NCBI GenBank assembly: GCA_037917675.1
Contig: JAVCBW010000043.1
Coordinates: 1-39,041 of the forward strand
Length of the DNA stretch: 39,041 nucleotides
Direction of reading: 5' to 3'
DNA from: Thermoproteota archaeon
GTDB lineage: Archaea; Korarchaeota; Korarchaeia; B14-G2
Shown here: piece after piece, positions 37,616 through 39,041 of the stretch
Layout: each line of letters begins with the position of its first letter
How positions within the stretch are numbered: position 1 is the stretch's first letter
The notes under the pieces: model-generated
Databases searched by the model: none
The model's input: the letters and a program-made list of their open reading frames with translations, nothing else
Told to the model about the DNA's origin: nothing
Made by a program: the position numbers and the translations under genes

Positions 37616-38809
37616 GTGTCAACAGTTATCTATAGCCTTCTATGTGAGGTGCTGGGTGAGGTCTTGAGCTATGTGTCATATGGTGGCGCTAGGGCTCAGT
37701 CAGCTGAAGGCTCTTTGCCCTTGAAGGCTAGGCGTGTCCTGGAGGACTCTGGGGCTCTTGACGGCCTTTCTAGAGGAGACGTTGCGCTGGTGAAGGTTCA
37801 TATGGGAGAGAAGTGGAGCTTCAGGAGCTTAAGGCCTAAGCTTGTCAGGAGCATAGTTGATGCTATCAGGGAGGCTGGAGGGAAGCCTGTGGTAGGTGAC
37901 ACGACAGGTGTTTCTCTGCTATCGAGTAGGGGGACAGCCTTAGGCTACCTTGAGGTGGCTTGGAGCAACGGGTTCACCTCGCAGGTGCTGGGGGCTCCAG
38001 TTGTCATCTTAGATGGCTTGAAGGGCCTGCACTATGTGAGGCTTAAGGCTGGTAGGGTTCTTGGTGAGGTTGAGGCTGCAGCAGGGGTATTGGAGGCAGA
38101 CTTCATCTTAAGTGTAGCCCACTTTAAGGGGCATGCGCGGACTGGTATAGGTGGCGCTATCAAGAACATCGGGGTAGGCTGCCTCTCTAAGACAGGGAAG
38201 GCTAGAGTACACTTGGCTAGGAAGCCTTGGGTGAAGCCTGAGCTCTGTGATGGATGTGGGAGGTGTGTTGAGTTCTGTCCAGCTGGTGCAATAGAGCTCG
38301 TAGATGCGAAGGCTAGAGTCATAGATGAGGTTTGCCTATGGGGCTGTGGCTGCTGGGAGCTGTGTAGAGCTTTCAGCACATGGGGTGAGATGCATAGGAG
38401 CAATAGAGAGATGACTATGGCTGTAGCTGAGGCAGCTAAGGCTATCCTGGAGAGGTTCAGAGGGAAGATAGGCTTCGTCAACTACCTGGTTGACATAACC
38501 TTACACTGTGACTGCTCACCTTTCTCAGATATACCTGTAGCACACGATATAGGAGTGGTTGCGTCAAGAGACCCTGTTGCAGCAGACAGGGCTTCAGTTG
38601 ACCTAGTGAATTCAGCTAGAGCCTACTCTCTGCTAGCAGAGGAGCTGGGGCTCTCAGAGCCTGGGGTAGACAAGTTCTCAGCACTCCACCTATATGAGCC
38701 TACAGCAGATTTCTCGAGGCATGGAAAGCCGAGCTGGAAGGCTTTGCTAGACTATGCTGAGCAGCTAGGTCTAGGATCACAAGCCTACTCGATAGCTGAG
38801 GTAATGTAG
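37616..38809 (+). CDS. DUF362 + 4Fe-4S ferredoxin protein (COG2768-like)
   Basis: KVHMGE, HFKGH..GGAIKNIG.GC, CDGCGRC..CP, C.GCGC..C, CDC and DIG..AS.DPVA.D. The true start may be a little downstream. Confidence 0.92.
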   Translation: MSTVIYSLLCEVLGEVLSYVSYGGARAQSAEGSLPLKARRVLEDSGALDGLSRGDVALVKVHMGEKWSFRSLRPKLVRSIVDAIREAGGKPVVGDTTGVSLLSSRGTALGYLEVAWSNGFTSQVLGAPVVILDGLKGLHYVRLKAGRVLGEVEAAAGVLEADFILSVAHFKGHARTGIGGAIKNIGVGCLSKTGKARVHLARKPWVKPELCDGCGRCVEFCPAGAIELVDAKARVIDEVCLWGCGCWELCRAFSTWGEMHRSNREMTMAVAEAAKAILERFRGKIGFVNYLVDITLHCDCSPFSDIPVAHDIGVVASRDPVAADRASVDLVNSARAYSLLAEELGLSEPGVDKFSALHLYEPTADFSRHGKPSWKALLDYAEQLGLGSQAYSIAEVM

Positions 38810-39041
38810 CAGAGCTAGCACATATGAGCTGCCTGCTAGCTGTGTGCTATGCTAGCTACGCCTTCGGCTGCAGCTTCTGTTTTCATAGAGATACAGGAGG
38901 TAGGTGTGTTGATTAGTGGAGGCTTTAGTTTCCCTGTGATGCTTGCTGATGGGAGCCTTGTCAGGCCACCTAGTAGCTATCAGATCTAAGCCTCTAGACG
39001 TTGGGCTCTAGGCTACCTCGAAAGCCCTACTAGAGGCATAA

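Noticed and set aside
1-39041. CRISPR arrays, tRNA/rRNA genes, IS elements and integrases
   Set aside because: No regularly spaced repeats, cloverleaf or GC-rich structural RNA, terminal inverted repeats or transposase/integrase motifs were seen. Small ncRNAs could be missed by eye.

Overview
39-kb archaeal window; GGTGA ribosome-binding sites, TATA-type promoters and the gene set point to an anaerobic, probably thermophilic, Thermoproteota/TACK-like organism (lineage is inference). It holds about 35 intact genes. Metabolic genes: a corrinoid protein / non-pyrrolysine MttB / RACo-type activator operon, acdA, thiDN, a lutA-lutB-DUF362 cluster, a thiolase-DUF35 pair, glnA between two Lrp regulators and a core MetE-like methyltransferase. 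RNA-related genes: tmcA coupled to a YqfB-like ASCH gene, and alaXM. There are also three clustered KaiC/RAD55-like ATPases and many decayed toxin-antitoxin or other pseudogenes. I recognised no rRNA, tRNA, CRISPR array or transposase. Best leads: (1) an ac4C writer translationally coupled to a YqfB-like ASCH protein with an altered triad; (2) a Pyl-free methyl-transfer operon with no methyl-acceptor enzyme, plus an HxH-variant MetE-like candidate; (3) a membrane-anchored HEPN RNase; (4) a mosaic mttB/epimerase breakpoint carrying a 123-bp exact repeat; (5) a 15-bp palindrome at the glnA promoter; (6) a 5'-to-3' composition gradient along transcription units. All family calls come from motif recognition by eye, not database searches.
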